Source of the DNA: Macrostomum hystrix
Lineage: Eukaryota > Animalia > Platyhelminthes
Assembly (NCBI GenBank): GCA_950097015.1
Contig: CATNEN010000025.1
Span: forward strand, 1,984,001 to 2,048,000
Direction: 5' to 3'
Length of the DNA stretch: 64,000 nt
The notes below the pieces were generated by a model, which did not search any database, was not told where the DNA came from, and saw only the letters and a program-made list of their open reading frames with translations. Shown in pieces: positions 23,542-34,873 of the stretch. The stretch's first letter is position 1, and the number at the start of each line of letters is the position of its first letter. The translations under genes and the position numbers were made by a program.

Positions 23542-26500
23542 TTAATAGAGTTTATTAATACCCATATTATCATCTTGCAGGTGCAGCTCCGCCAACAGCC
23601 ATCGAGCTGAACTCTTTATAGACGCCTTACCAACTCCCAGTTGCCTGCTTTTAACACTGGACCAGAATGCAACCGTCGCACTCTCCGTCGCCTGCGGAGC
23701 CCGACCAGCGACGCTTTCGGATTCTAGATAAAATCCTCGAACTCGATGCTTCTCAACCAGAAGCAATGTCCTCAGCAGCTGGTGCTCTTCATCTGGCAAG
23801 CTGCCAATCTGGAATTTCAGATTGCCAAGCTGCCAAATAATGTCTTGAAAAATATCTACTTGTTCACTTGGTTATAAGTTTAGTCAATACAATACTAATA
23901 ATACTAATAATAATTGCAAAAGGGCTGCAGGCAATGGCACATCACATTTGGCGACACTGGACCCGCCGCCAGCGAGTAGGCAATTCTTCCCGTTTCGCTG
24001 ACTCCTAAACACACACACACACACACACACACCCACACACACTCACACACAGATATCGTACGCAGGCACACGCTCACAGGTGTGTGCATCTGCCTTGACT
24101 TTCTCATCGCCAGCTGTAGTCTACTCTCTCACTGTGCCTTGGAGGTTGGCCCTTAAGGGCGTAAATTGCACGACAAGCCCTCAAGCCCTCTCTCCGCGGC
24201 TAATACAATGTGGCCTCGCCGCAGAATCGAGCTCAGGGACGATCGAACGCGTTAGACCGCTCTGCCAGTCACCCCTTTGGTCATACGTACGTCACAGATA
24301 ATTTTCCTCCAAGCCAGTGTGCAAGCGAATGCCTTCTTAGAGTAAATCTATTTAAAGGATAAATTCTCAGTGGAAATGGACTTCAAGTACGATCGTATGT
24401 CTATGGTCCAACATACACTTTCTCAAGCCACATCGAAGGCCCTTAGACCAACAAGAATGTAGGCCTACTTTCTGGCTGTTCCAGGAGTGAACCAGCTCGG
24501 CCAGGGCAGTCCCTAATTCCCAGACTTCCATCTACAGGTGGAAGCTATGCGACCGCTGCCTATGGCTATATGGAAATTATTGATGATGACTTTAAGCTGC
24601 TAGATTATTGGTAGACAAGCCATAAATTACATAAACGATACAATCACCTGAAAGCACTGAAATGTCTCATCCCAGCTGACAAAAATGATATGACGCGAAC
24701 TTCTGACTATCTGCGGCTTGCGCGTAAGACGCCGAAGTTTTACAATTTGGCTGACATCAAAGCCGAATGCCTCCAGCTTGCCTTGAAGTCGCCGTACTGC
24801 CGCTCTTCGACGATAATCGTCTCCTTGATCTGGCAGCACCAGGACAGAGCGCGATCCCGTCCTGATCTTTCGACGTCTTACGACGACGACTAAGAACACA
24901 GATGATAGAAGAGCCAACAGGCAAAGACTCGCAGCAAGCGTCAGGAATGCTGCTGCCAAAATGTTCAACTGACCGGCTGATGCGACATTGTCAGTCGCTG
25001 GACAGCGGCAGGAGTCGTTGCGTGGAAATGTTGGCTGGCAAAGCTGTGGGTACAGCAGCTTCTTCATCGACACGCCTAAAATACGGTTGGCAGCCAATGG
25101 GACTCTTCTTGTAGCTCTGTTGTAGTTATAATTTTCCTTACCATTAATAATAGTTGATTGGCTGAGTATAGTCACGTTTTCGGGAGAGGGAGGAGTTTTT
25201 CTGAATCGGGTTTCCCACAATTTCTAAAAATAGCTACGTGCTATCATGCTTATGCAGTAATAAGTATTTAAGAAAGCAACAATGTCTCACCTTTGCTGCG
25301 TATAGCATGAAATTGACGCCTAGCAGCCAGGATAAACTTACTATCCTTGAAAAACTTGAAAAAATTAAAATTGTTAGTACTAATATGAGTGTCTTCAATT
25401 ATCTGGCTTTTATTGCCACAGAGCAACATATTTTATTTACTTACGTCTACTAGAAGCGTGATGCCTAGTTTGTTTGAAATTTTGACCACTATCGACTGTG
25501 TAGCCCAGACTTCGTTGCTCTAAAAAATTGATGCAATTTTTGAGCAATATTAGAGTGCATTTTAACGCAAAAATAGGTGTCTCCACGCTGTTTAAATTAA
25601 AGCGCATCGATACTTCGCCTTTTCATACATGCCTCAAGCCTCAAAACTGATTGGTACAAACGCCCCTTTACCCACTCCAAATGTACACACGCCTCTGCCT
25701 ACCCCTCAAATGTACACACGCCTCTGCCTACCCCTCAAATGTACACACGCCTCTGCCTACCCCTCAAATGTACACACGCCTCTACCTACCTCTCAAATGT
25801 ACATACGCCTCTGCCTACCCCTCAAATGTACACACGCCTCTGCCCTATCCCTCAAATGTACACACGCCTCTACCTACCTCTCAAATGTACACACGCCTCT
25901 GGCCTATCCCTCAAATGTACACACGCATCTGCCCTATCCCTCAAATGTACACACGCTTCTACCTACCTCTCAAATGTACACACGCCTCTACCCTATCCCT
26001 CAAATGTACACACGCTTCTACCCTATCCCTCAAATGTACACACGCTTCTACCTACCTCTCAAATGTACACACGCCTCTGCCTACCCCTCAAATGTACACA
26101 CACCTCTGCCCTATCCCTCAAATGTACACACGCCTCTACCCTATCCCTCAAATGTACACACGCCTCTACCTACCCCTCAAATTTACACACGCCTCTACCC
26201 TACCCCTCAAATCCACACACCCCTTTACCCAACCCTTCAAAAGTACACACGCCTTTACCCTAACACAATACAAGTTCGCCTTAAATCCATCTAAATTTTC
26301 TAATGTAATTCGAAAATATGTACTCTCTTTCGTGAATCGCAATTATTATATTTTTAGATGTAATTAGATTGGGGGACCACAAGCCGTCTCGGAATCGAGC
26401 TCGGGGACTATGGTGCGAGAATCAGAAGCGTTAACCTGCTAAACCAGTCAAGCCCTTAAAAATCCTAAGTCGAGAAGAAGTATTAATATTTTAGGCTTCA

Positions 26501-27247
26501 CCGTTGAGTTGAAGCCGTGGATGCCATCCGGCCCTCTATCCGGCTCCTGCACTCTGAGCCTCAGCCGCTCCGGCCGGTCCGCCAGCAGGTAGGCGTCCAG
26601 TTCGCAGCCGAAGTCAGCGTCGGGCCGGCCATCACCGCAGCGGCCGCAGCGACGAGCCGCCAGCTGCAGAAGAGGCCGCTCGGCCGCGGTTGATCTGGTG
26701 AAGAAGAATCGAACCTTCGGCGGCTCGCACAGCGCGGAGCCGTTGGCCAGCTTAAAGATCTTCATCGTGTAGGACCTGTCGGGACGGAGACTGACGCTGA
26801 GCCGCAGCCGGCGTCGCTGGCCGTCGGCTGACTGGCTGCAGACGGCCAGCCTGCGGCACTCGTGCCCCGGGCCGAACTCCTCCGCATCGCCTAGCAGGAT
26901 GAGCAGTGTGTCAGCGGGTGTGAGACTGTGCTCAAACTCAAAGTGTCCGGTCAAGTTTGTGGGGCCGGTGGCCGAGAACTCCGTGGCCTGCAGGCTGTCC
27001 GAGACTGCCGCTGCCTGCACCCGGTGGCTGTACAGCGAGGCTGCGGAGACGTGGTTCCGGAAACATATTTAAAATAGGGATATTTGTAATACAAAAGTTA
27101 TTTATGCGCACAATGTACCTTCCATTTCAGGACAGTCAGTTTGATGGATTGAATCCAGAAGACCAGTGTCATTTTTATGCGGAATCTGAATCGGAAAGCA
27201 AAATTTTCAAGTCGAGTATTAATTCTATTACTAAGACAACATGATAG

Positions 27248-27334
<87 letters not shown>

Positions 27335-27816
27335 GGGGGTTCGGTGAGAGAGCGGTTAACGCGTTTGCCTCTCCTACCAATGTCCCTAAGCTCGATTCCG
27401 CGGCGAGGCCACCTTTTTTTAGGGCGAAGCCGCGGAGAGAAGGCTTGGGGGCTTGTCGTGCAATTTACGCCCTTGAGGGCCAACCTAAAAGGCACAAAAG
27501 TGTACTATACAGTATCTGTACCTGCGTACAGTATCTGTGTGCGTGTGTGCTCAGGATTCTGCGAAATGGGCAGAATTGCCTCCTCGCTGGCTGCGGGTCT
27601 AGTGTCACCAAATGATGTGCCATTGCCTGCAGACCTCCTGCAAATATTATTATTACTATTACTTATACAACTACTGCATTCATGCAGTCTTACTGCATAA
27701 GGGCAGGTCGTAGTTTGATTGTTAGTTCCATCGGCAACGCGAAAGCAGACACAGCAGTTGTTGAAGTTGTTCAGCAGCAACATCACCAGCAGCGGAAGGA
27801 ATTTGGCCTGTCCCAT
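23542..27816 (-). CDS. Type I membrane receptor paralogue B with SEFIR/TIR-like cytoplasmic domain (about 523 aa)
   Basis: Exons 27816-27694, 27185-27119, 27040-26502, 25223-24648, 23808-23542. Signal peptide MGQAKFLPLLVMLLL, Cys-containing beta-rich ectodomain, TM LNILAAAFLTLAASLCLLALLSSVFLVVVV-RRRK, tail RSVLVLP...GFDV...IIFVSWD...LRTLLLVEKHRVRGFY. Confidence 0.8.
23891..24275 (-). mobile_element. tRNA-derived SINE family 1, copy 1
   Basis: A-box TGGCAGAGCGG, B-box-like GCTCGATTC, shared body, (ATT)n tail; in receptor B intron 4. Confidence 0.88.
25670..26262. repeat. 29-30-bp minisatellite (CCTCAAATGTACACACGCCTCTGCCTACC)
   Basis: About 20 copies in receptor B intron 3. Confidence 0.94.
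27247..27334. repeat. (CTA)n microsatellite
   Basis: About 29 perfect units abutting the SINE head. Confidence 0.97.
27335..27665 (+). mobile_element. tRNA-derived SINE family 1, copy 2
   Basis: Homologous to the other five copies; in receptor B intron 1. Confidence 0.88.
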
Positions 27817-28391
27817 ATTCGAGCAGATGTTAATAGTCGCCGGACGCTGCCACATATTCTTCCTACGGGTGAATATTTGCATATTTGCAGAATGCCAATT
27901 TTATTATTAAAGCTTCAAGATTCATGTCAACTCCGATTTACAGGCTGTTTGGCATGAGACTTCAAAATACATATATAAATTCATACGAAATGACGCGCTC
28001 ATCACTGCTAAATTTAGAAGTTCTGGACAACATTGGGTCATAGGGCTTTTAAATGAAGCATTTCATTGGCCAACTGCCCAGTGTAATCTATAAACAAATC
28101 ATCTGTGACGATTAAAAACTGCACAGTAGATTTGTAGTGTATTGAATTTCATGATGGCGAAACGCTTTTCATGTTAGCTGCTTCTGAAATTTGACGCACT
28201 GCAAGAGCCCAAAGTTCGCATAGTGCATGGCCTCTGTTTCTGTCATTTATACAGCCCGGTAATTTTCATGCCCACTTTCAACTTCACAATTATAATGTGC
28301 CTTCTTAGAACTGAAATTATCAATCATTGTGACTACACTTTGATTGCAGCTAATATTACAGGTGATTAATACAGGCTTACACCCCCTGCCC

Positions 28392-29262
28392 CCCCAACAA
28401 CAGCTGCTCCCCCCCAACAACTGCCCCAACTGCCCCCAACTGCCCCAACTGCCTCCCAACTGCCTCCCAACTGCCCCCAACTGCCCCCAACTGCCCCCAA
28501 CTGCCCCCAACTGCCCCCAACTGCCCCCAACTGCCCCCAACTGCCTCCCAACTGCCTCCCAACTGCCCCCAACTGCCCCCAACTGCCCCCAACTGCCCCC
28601 AACTGCCTCCCAACTGCCCCCAACTGCCCCCAACTGCCCCCAACTGCCCCCAACTGCCCCCAACTGCCCCCAACTGCCCCCAACTGCCCCCAACTGCCCC
28701 CAACTGCCTCCCAACTGCCCCCAACTGCCCCCAACTGCCTCCCAACTGCCTCCCAACTGCCCCCAACTGCCTCCAACTGCCCCCAACTGCCTCCCAACTG
28801 CCTCCCAACTGCCCCCAACTGCCTCCAACTGCCCCCAACTGCCTCCCAACTGCCCCCAACTGCCTCCCAACTGCCCCCAACTGCCTCCCAACTGCCTCCC
28901 AACTGCCCCCAACTGCCCCCAACTGCCCCCAACTGCCCCCAACTGCCCCCAACTGCCCCCAACTGCCCCCAACTGCCCCCAACTGCCCCCAACTGCCCCC
29001 AACTGCCCCCAACTGCCCCCAACTGCCCCCAACTGCCCCCAACTGCCCCCAACTGCCCCCAACTGCCTCCCAACTGCCTCCCAACTGCCCCCAACTGCCC
29101 CCAACTGCCTCCCAACTGCCCCCAACTGCCTCCCAACTGCCTCCCAACTGCCTCCCAACTGCCCCCAACTGCCCCCAACTGCCTCCCAACTGCCCCCAAC
29201 TGCCCCCAACTGCCTCCCAACTGCCCCCAACTGCCCCCAACTGCCTCCCAACTGCCCCCAAC
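28392..29262. repeat. 10-11-bp C-rich minisatellite (CCAACTGCCC / CCAACTGCCTC)
   Basis: About 85 tandem units. Confidence 0.96.
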
Positions 29263-30179
29263 TCATCGAAAAACTAAATGGACACCCTTGCTGGTCACGA
29301 AATGCGCAAATGAAGCCCCTTAACTGCTCAGAAAATGAACAAAATAAATCCGAAATTGCCTGATAAATTAAGAATTTAACAAAAAAAATAAAACTCTATT
29401 GTATACGAATCACTAGAAGTCAGCTTACCTTAAATTTTTTAATCCAGGTAAAAATCGGTCTGTTCTGAGAAGCTTTTTGAGAATATCACTGCCTTATATT
29501 TATCTTGCAATAGAAAGTCAAAATAAACGCCGAGTATCATGACAGCAAACAGAGTAGCGATAGTAAAACTATAACACGCCGTATCGTGTTTCCTATGCGA
29601 ATATTTCAACCACTTGCACATTAGCTATTGCATTTAGATAGGTGAAAAAAATGAGCTCATATTATCTGTATAATGTTCATTTTAGGCGACGAATGGTAGC
29701 GATCTTTGAGTACTCTCGACTCGAAGCTCGCTCAGAATATCTCAGCAAACGCGTGCCGCCTTCGACAGAAAGTCCAGTTTTTTAAAGAGCATATCTCACC
29801 GGGCAGTTGCAGCTCAAAAAGCAGTTGTACAGCCCCATATAGAGCAGATTTTTGAGTGCCAAAAGCACTTCCACTACAATCATTTACTGCGACCTATTTT
29901 TCAAAGCTTGCAGTTATATTGAAAATTAACAAATCGTTGTCGTTATGAACATGAAGCTCTGTACTTGTTATTGCTATTGTTATAGTTATCGGTTAGCTTT
30001 AGCAACCCGAGGCCCCATTTGCCTTGTCAATGAGCTTGACTGTGGTCAATGAGTATTTGGTCAGTTCTCAATTCTTTAGAAGGCACTACTCGTGGATGTC
30101 TCTGTCCATGGTCCACTGAAGTACTGCATATCTGCCGTAATGAATTCGGAACAGGAGCTAATTTTAAGCAGGAAGAGAG

Positions 30180-30830
30180 CTAGGGAGTTGACCGCTCTCT
30201 GCGGGAGCAGCCATGCACGCGGGGCCGATTGTTTCTAGAGCCCGAGGTGCGCCAGCAGCGGTTGAAGACTTTGAGCCAGGCCTTGCTCGAAGAGTATGTG
30301 ATGTGGATGGAGAATCCCGCTTCGATACTATCAGGACCGTATTTTTTCCGCTGTTTGTCCATGCTGTCCTGCTTTGTCACTGGCAAGTTGCAGTTGCCCT
30401 TAAGTAGTGAACTCCCAGTGGTTAGTTTTTTTTGTCGGTATCGACTGTGAGGGGCATCAAGGTACGCCATACCGCAAGGAAGGTATGGCTGTCCCGTCAA
30501 AGCTTGCTCATTTCGTTGTTCCAGTATGACTTGTTTTAATGGCGATATTTTTGCGCTATAGCGATTGCAGCAGCTTCTAGCATGTACTTGGAGAGTCGGT
30601 GACTTACTGCTTCATAGAACAGCGGTTAAGGTTGGAGTATTTCATTTCGAGGGGCGGACAGGTCCTAGTCCAGTCGCGTACATTTTTCCAGTACCAGTGA
30701 AACCATTGAGTCTCTTTTTAAGTGGGCTTCGAGTTTCGTTAATGATCATCAGGGCTTGTGGTCGGAGCCGAATTCGTTGACAGCCGTCCAGGTAGCGGTG
30801 GGGCACAATGTCCGGTCTTGTGATGGCAGG
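30180..30830 (-). pseudogene. Decayed non-LTR retrotransposon fragment (end of APE endonuclease plus linker)
   Basis: Broken minus-strand frames give WTAVNEFGSDHKP (SDH motif), HWYWKNVRDW, YWNNEMSKL and SSKAWLKVF, in the order typical of LINE ORF2. Confidence 0.65.
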
Positions 30831-31484
30831 GTCCGAACCTCAGACGAAATGAACGAAAGTAATAAAAGTACGAAATATAGATATATATTTTTGACATCAT
30901 TGTAAGAAATTATACTATTTCGTTATATTTGATTTTTTTAATCTGAATTCGAAAATCCGCTTCTGCTGATTTTGCTTTACTGCGATACAACGTAAAAATG
31001 TTTCAGCGCATGTTCAAATTTCCGTAAAATTTGCTCTGATTTTTTTCTCAACTGGACTGCTGCCGCGCGTGCCGTTTTCAAGCTGCTTAGGCGACTCGGC
31101 GGAACGAGTGCTTGTATAATTCGTGCTAGTATCAGAGTTATACATAGGTAAGGAAGCTTGTTAGGGTGCACCATCTACTATCGCCAATTGGCTGCCACAA
31201 ACTACCACTGTATCTGTATCCAAAATTTGCCCTAACTTTTAACAGTACCTTTCTTCCAGTTTTGGCTTCGAAAGCAAGATAAATAATATGTTTTTAATAT
31301 AAATTCCAAGCAGCAATAATTTTTATTTCCTTTTTCGTCATTTATTAATTTATTTCATTTTCTTTAAAAAAGACCATATACATTTATTTTACACTTCAGA
31401 CATGAAGACCACAACATTTCTTGTTTTAGATAACATCTTAGTACCTCTTTACTCGAAATATAAACAAGTCATAATATGATCTCA

Positions 31485-31929
31485 GGATCCTAGACACTTC
31501 ATCATCTTACAACTTTGTCATCTTACAACTTCGTCATCCACTTGGAAGGTAGGACACTTCGTCATCCAGCCAATTGGCATGCTTTAAAGTTTGGTCAGTT
31601 CGTCATCTACTAATAACAAGCAATTAAGTTTGTCATCAATAAAGTGAGGGTGGGGTGGTGGGGCAGAGGTGTGAACACACTTTACACTCTAAATTGGTAA
31701 AAAGAGGTGTCAAAACTGATTTCATTATAAGAGTTGAAAGATAGGTGTCAACACGATGTGACTCGTGAGGAGGTGGGGAGGGGTGGTTCTGTTCTAACTT
31801 TGAAAACTTTTGTTTTATAGATGACGAAGTGTCCACAAGTCTAAGTCTCTTTGTCATCCACCCTCTGAGATATTAGACAGATCGTCATCTGGATGATGAA
31901 GTTGTAAGATGACGAAGTGTCCAGGTACC
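31485..31929. mobile_element. MITE with 9-bp TSD (Mutator-like)
   Basis: TIRs GGATCCTAGACACTTCATCATCTTACAAC / GTTGTAAGATGACGAAGTGTCCAGGTACC; exact TSD ATGATCTCA at 31476-31484 and 31930-31938; internal TT(C/T)GTCATC repeats. Confidence 0.88.
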
Positions 31930-32954
31930 ATGATCTCAAGTCATATTTGCTATATACAATTTATAATTACAAAATGTATGATATTGGTATGTTTTAATTA
32001 ATATAATATTATTAAAACCTGACAATTTTGGTCCAATAGTCATTGGGATATATGTATCAACCTGTCTTAGTTTATCTGTCTAACCAGCTATCTGCATAAA
32101 ATTTCAAAGAGTGGATATTGAATAAGTATTTGCAGGAGAATGTTCATGGATGATGGCTAGACACGATTAAAAGTAGAAAGGTGAATTTTATAAATTAAAA
32201 AATAGTAATTATTTTAATCAAAAATACTTTTAATTTGCTTTTTGTGGATTCAATTGCTAGTGCAACAAAAAAGTTTTCTATTAATAATTCAGTTCAAAAT
32301 AGATATTTCAATTTAAATATTATAGCCATTTTATTTTGTGAAAATGATGACTAGCAAGACTTAAAGTAGATTTTTTATTGAATTCAAAATGAAAATTCTA
32401 ACATTTCTAAAATCTAAATATTTAGGAAATTTTATCTTTATCTAGTCTAAATTATAAAGTTTGTTTTAACACATTTTTCTGTGATTAGGCCTACAAACAT
32501 ATTTATTCTTATGATTTTCAGATCTCTTTGTATGAAAATATTAAACTGTACTGTTCAACATTATTGACATTTTTTATGGTATTTGCAGCTCTAATATTCA
32601 ATTACCAACTTTGGAATTTTTTCATTTTTGTGAGCTAAAATAAAATATTAGATATAAATATTTCTCTTCTTTTTTAGTAGACAAACTAAAAACAGGCATT
32701 TTTGTGAGTCTTTTAATATATAAATATTTTGGTATTGAATTAGGGTAGACACAACAACATTTTATCACTTAACTAACTAATAAGCTTAGTTTGTTAATTC
32801 TAATAGCCAATAATTTTTTTGTTTGCCAATCTGTATGCTTGAAAGTTCTAAATTTAGAGACAGTTTGTTAATAAATTTGGCTTGACTTAGCAAATGCATA
32901 TTAAGCATCTAAATGCTAAAATGAGTCACCTAAATTACTCTGTTGCAGCCGCCA

Positions 32955-34873
32955 ATGAATGGTCGCCCTGGAGATCAGCAGTTGGATAGTGGCAAAGTTT
33001 CTGCCACTTCATTCACTAGCCAGCACCCAACTCTGACACCTTTGCAGCCAAATGGTTCCACTGTTTCCCTGCCAGCCCCAGTGTCTGTAATAAATGTGGA
33101 GGCCACACAAAAGTACATAGGTGTACTAGAAGAAAAGATTCGCGAATACGAGCGCGCCCTAGATGGAGTTCAGCATCAAATTAGAGCCCAAGCATCGAGA
33201 GCTGTTGTTGAACTGGACAGCTGCTCGTCAGCTGACTGCGCCAAACAGGAGCGAACTAAACGCCGCCTTGAGCTGGAACACGGCGAGCTCAAATCAAAGG
33301 CGCAAAAACTGCAAAGAAATGTGCGCAAGCTGGAGTATAAACTTCGCGAATTACGGACTAATGGCATTCCTAGAGATGTGAGTCTTCGACCTCTCCTAAG
33401 AGTGCATGTTCCTAGTTATTGTCATTTGATCAGGTTTGGAGGCATTGCCTGGTATTTTCAAATCGGCCCCTTATTGCCCTGTCGTTTAAAGTTTCGGACT
33501 TCTGGCCGAGAGGTCGGGAGTTCGAATCTCAGCCCAAAGGGAATTCATTATGCTCTTGAGCGAGACACTTAACTCCCTAGTGCTTCTGTACACCCAGCTG
33601 TAAAATTGGCTAAATATTCGTTAAGAATAGGGTTTCCTTGCGAGCAGCCTTACTCATCTGTTGCGGCCAATCGCCTCTGTCCCAGGTTGTCCCAGAGGAC
33701 TACGTGCGCCAACTCGAACGCAAAGACGTCACCGGCGCCGCGGTTTCCACATCATCGGCAGGTTCGTCTCTCTCTGCCGGACCCAGGCGCGCTGTCGCCT
33801 CGTTTGTTGACACTTCACAAGCTCCTGCATTAGCCGCTGCCGTTGTGCATCGCACTGCATCGTCTAGTGATCTACTGCCTGGACCTAGTCGATTGTTCGG
33901 CATTGACAGTCCAGTAAGCAGACAGCAGCTTCCAGATGATCCAGCCGCGTCTAATGCCGCTACATCGGCTGTCTCCACCGTTATCTCAGCGTCTAGTATT
34001 GTTGGCGGCGGCGTTATCGGAGTCGCCACTTCGTCAGAGGCCGATCGGTTCACTCTGTCTTCGTCCGACCCAGCCTCGTCGCCCCCGTTATTGCTGGTAG
34101 GCCCGCCGCAGCAGCAGCCGCCGTTTCAACCCATCTCGCCGCCGCCGCATTCCTCAGCTTCGCCTTCTACAAGCTTTGAAACTGTGGAGAATCTCCGTTT
34201 GCACTTTGAACGACGCCTCATGGAACAGCGGGCCGCATTCGCCGCCGAATTGGAGTCGCTTCGTCGGCGCGCCTCGGACGAAGCCGGCGACATTCAGCGC
34301 CTAGTCGATGCGGAGCTGCGCAATCTGCGCTACGACCAACACGAGCTGTCCGCCTCCGCTGACGACGGTCACAAAGAGCTAGAAAAGATGAAAGTATTTT
34401 TAACTAATCTATCTAAGGAGATGGGACGCATGCTGCTGGTTGATCAACAGATTGACGATATGAACAATCGCCTGGCTGTCATTTCTCGAGATCTAGTTCT
34501 GCAGAGTCAAGCTGCCTGCTCCGGTCATCATCACGGTCATCATCATCACCCGGATGGTGATCAGGGCGGAGCCGCAGCTGGCGCCCGCTTACTAAACATG
34601 CTAGTGGCACTTCTCTCCTACGCTTTCGTTGCCGCCTCTTGCTTTGTTAACCTGCTGCTGTGGCTACTGCGACTGCCTGCACGCGGCGGACTCCTGGGTG
34701 CTATCTGCCTGGCTGCGTTTGCTATTCCGCTAATTCTAATTTGGCTAGATGGCGGCAGCGGTGGCGGTTGGCTAACCCGGGTTCTACCCGAGATTATTGT
34801 TAGACACCTTCCGTTGAGTGCCAGACGGCAGTTGACTAGCATGCTCATGAGATTGAATGCTACTCTAACCTGA
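32955..34873 (+). CDS. Transmembrane and coiled-coil domain protein, TMCC/TEX28 family (about 536 aa)
   Basis: Exons 32955-33377 and 33686-34873. First coiled coil ends KLRELRTNGIPR, like TMCC KLREVEQNGIPR; Ser-rich linker, second coiled coil, two C-terminal TM helices. An acceptor at 32948 implies an upstream exon, possibly ending near 31147. Confidence 0.8.
33465..33640 (+). mobile_element. tRNA-derived SINE family 2
   Basis: B-box GGAGTTCGAATCT then TTGAGCGAGACACTTAAC...CACCCAGCTGTAAAAT; related to 37975-38105, 47280-47400 and 59300-59520. Confidence 0.7.

Noticed and set aside
14395-32955. Spliced-leader trans-splicing inferred from acceptors just upstream of ATGs
   Set aside because: Plausible cis donors exist upstream (about 15185 on minus, about 31147 on plus), so cis-spliced 5' UTRs explain the pattern; it cannot be decided from DNA alone.
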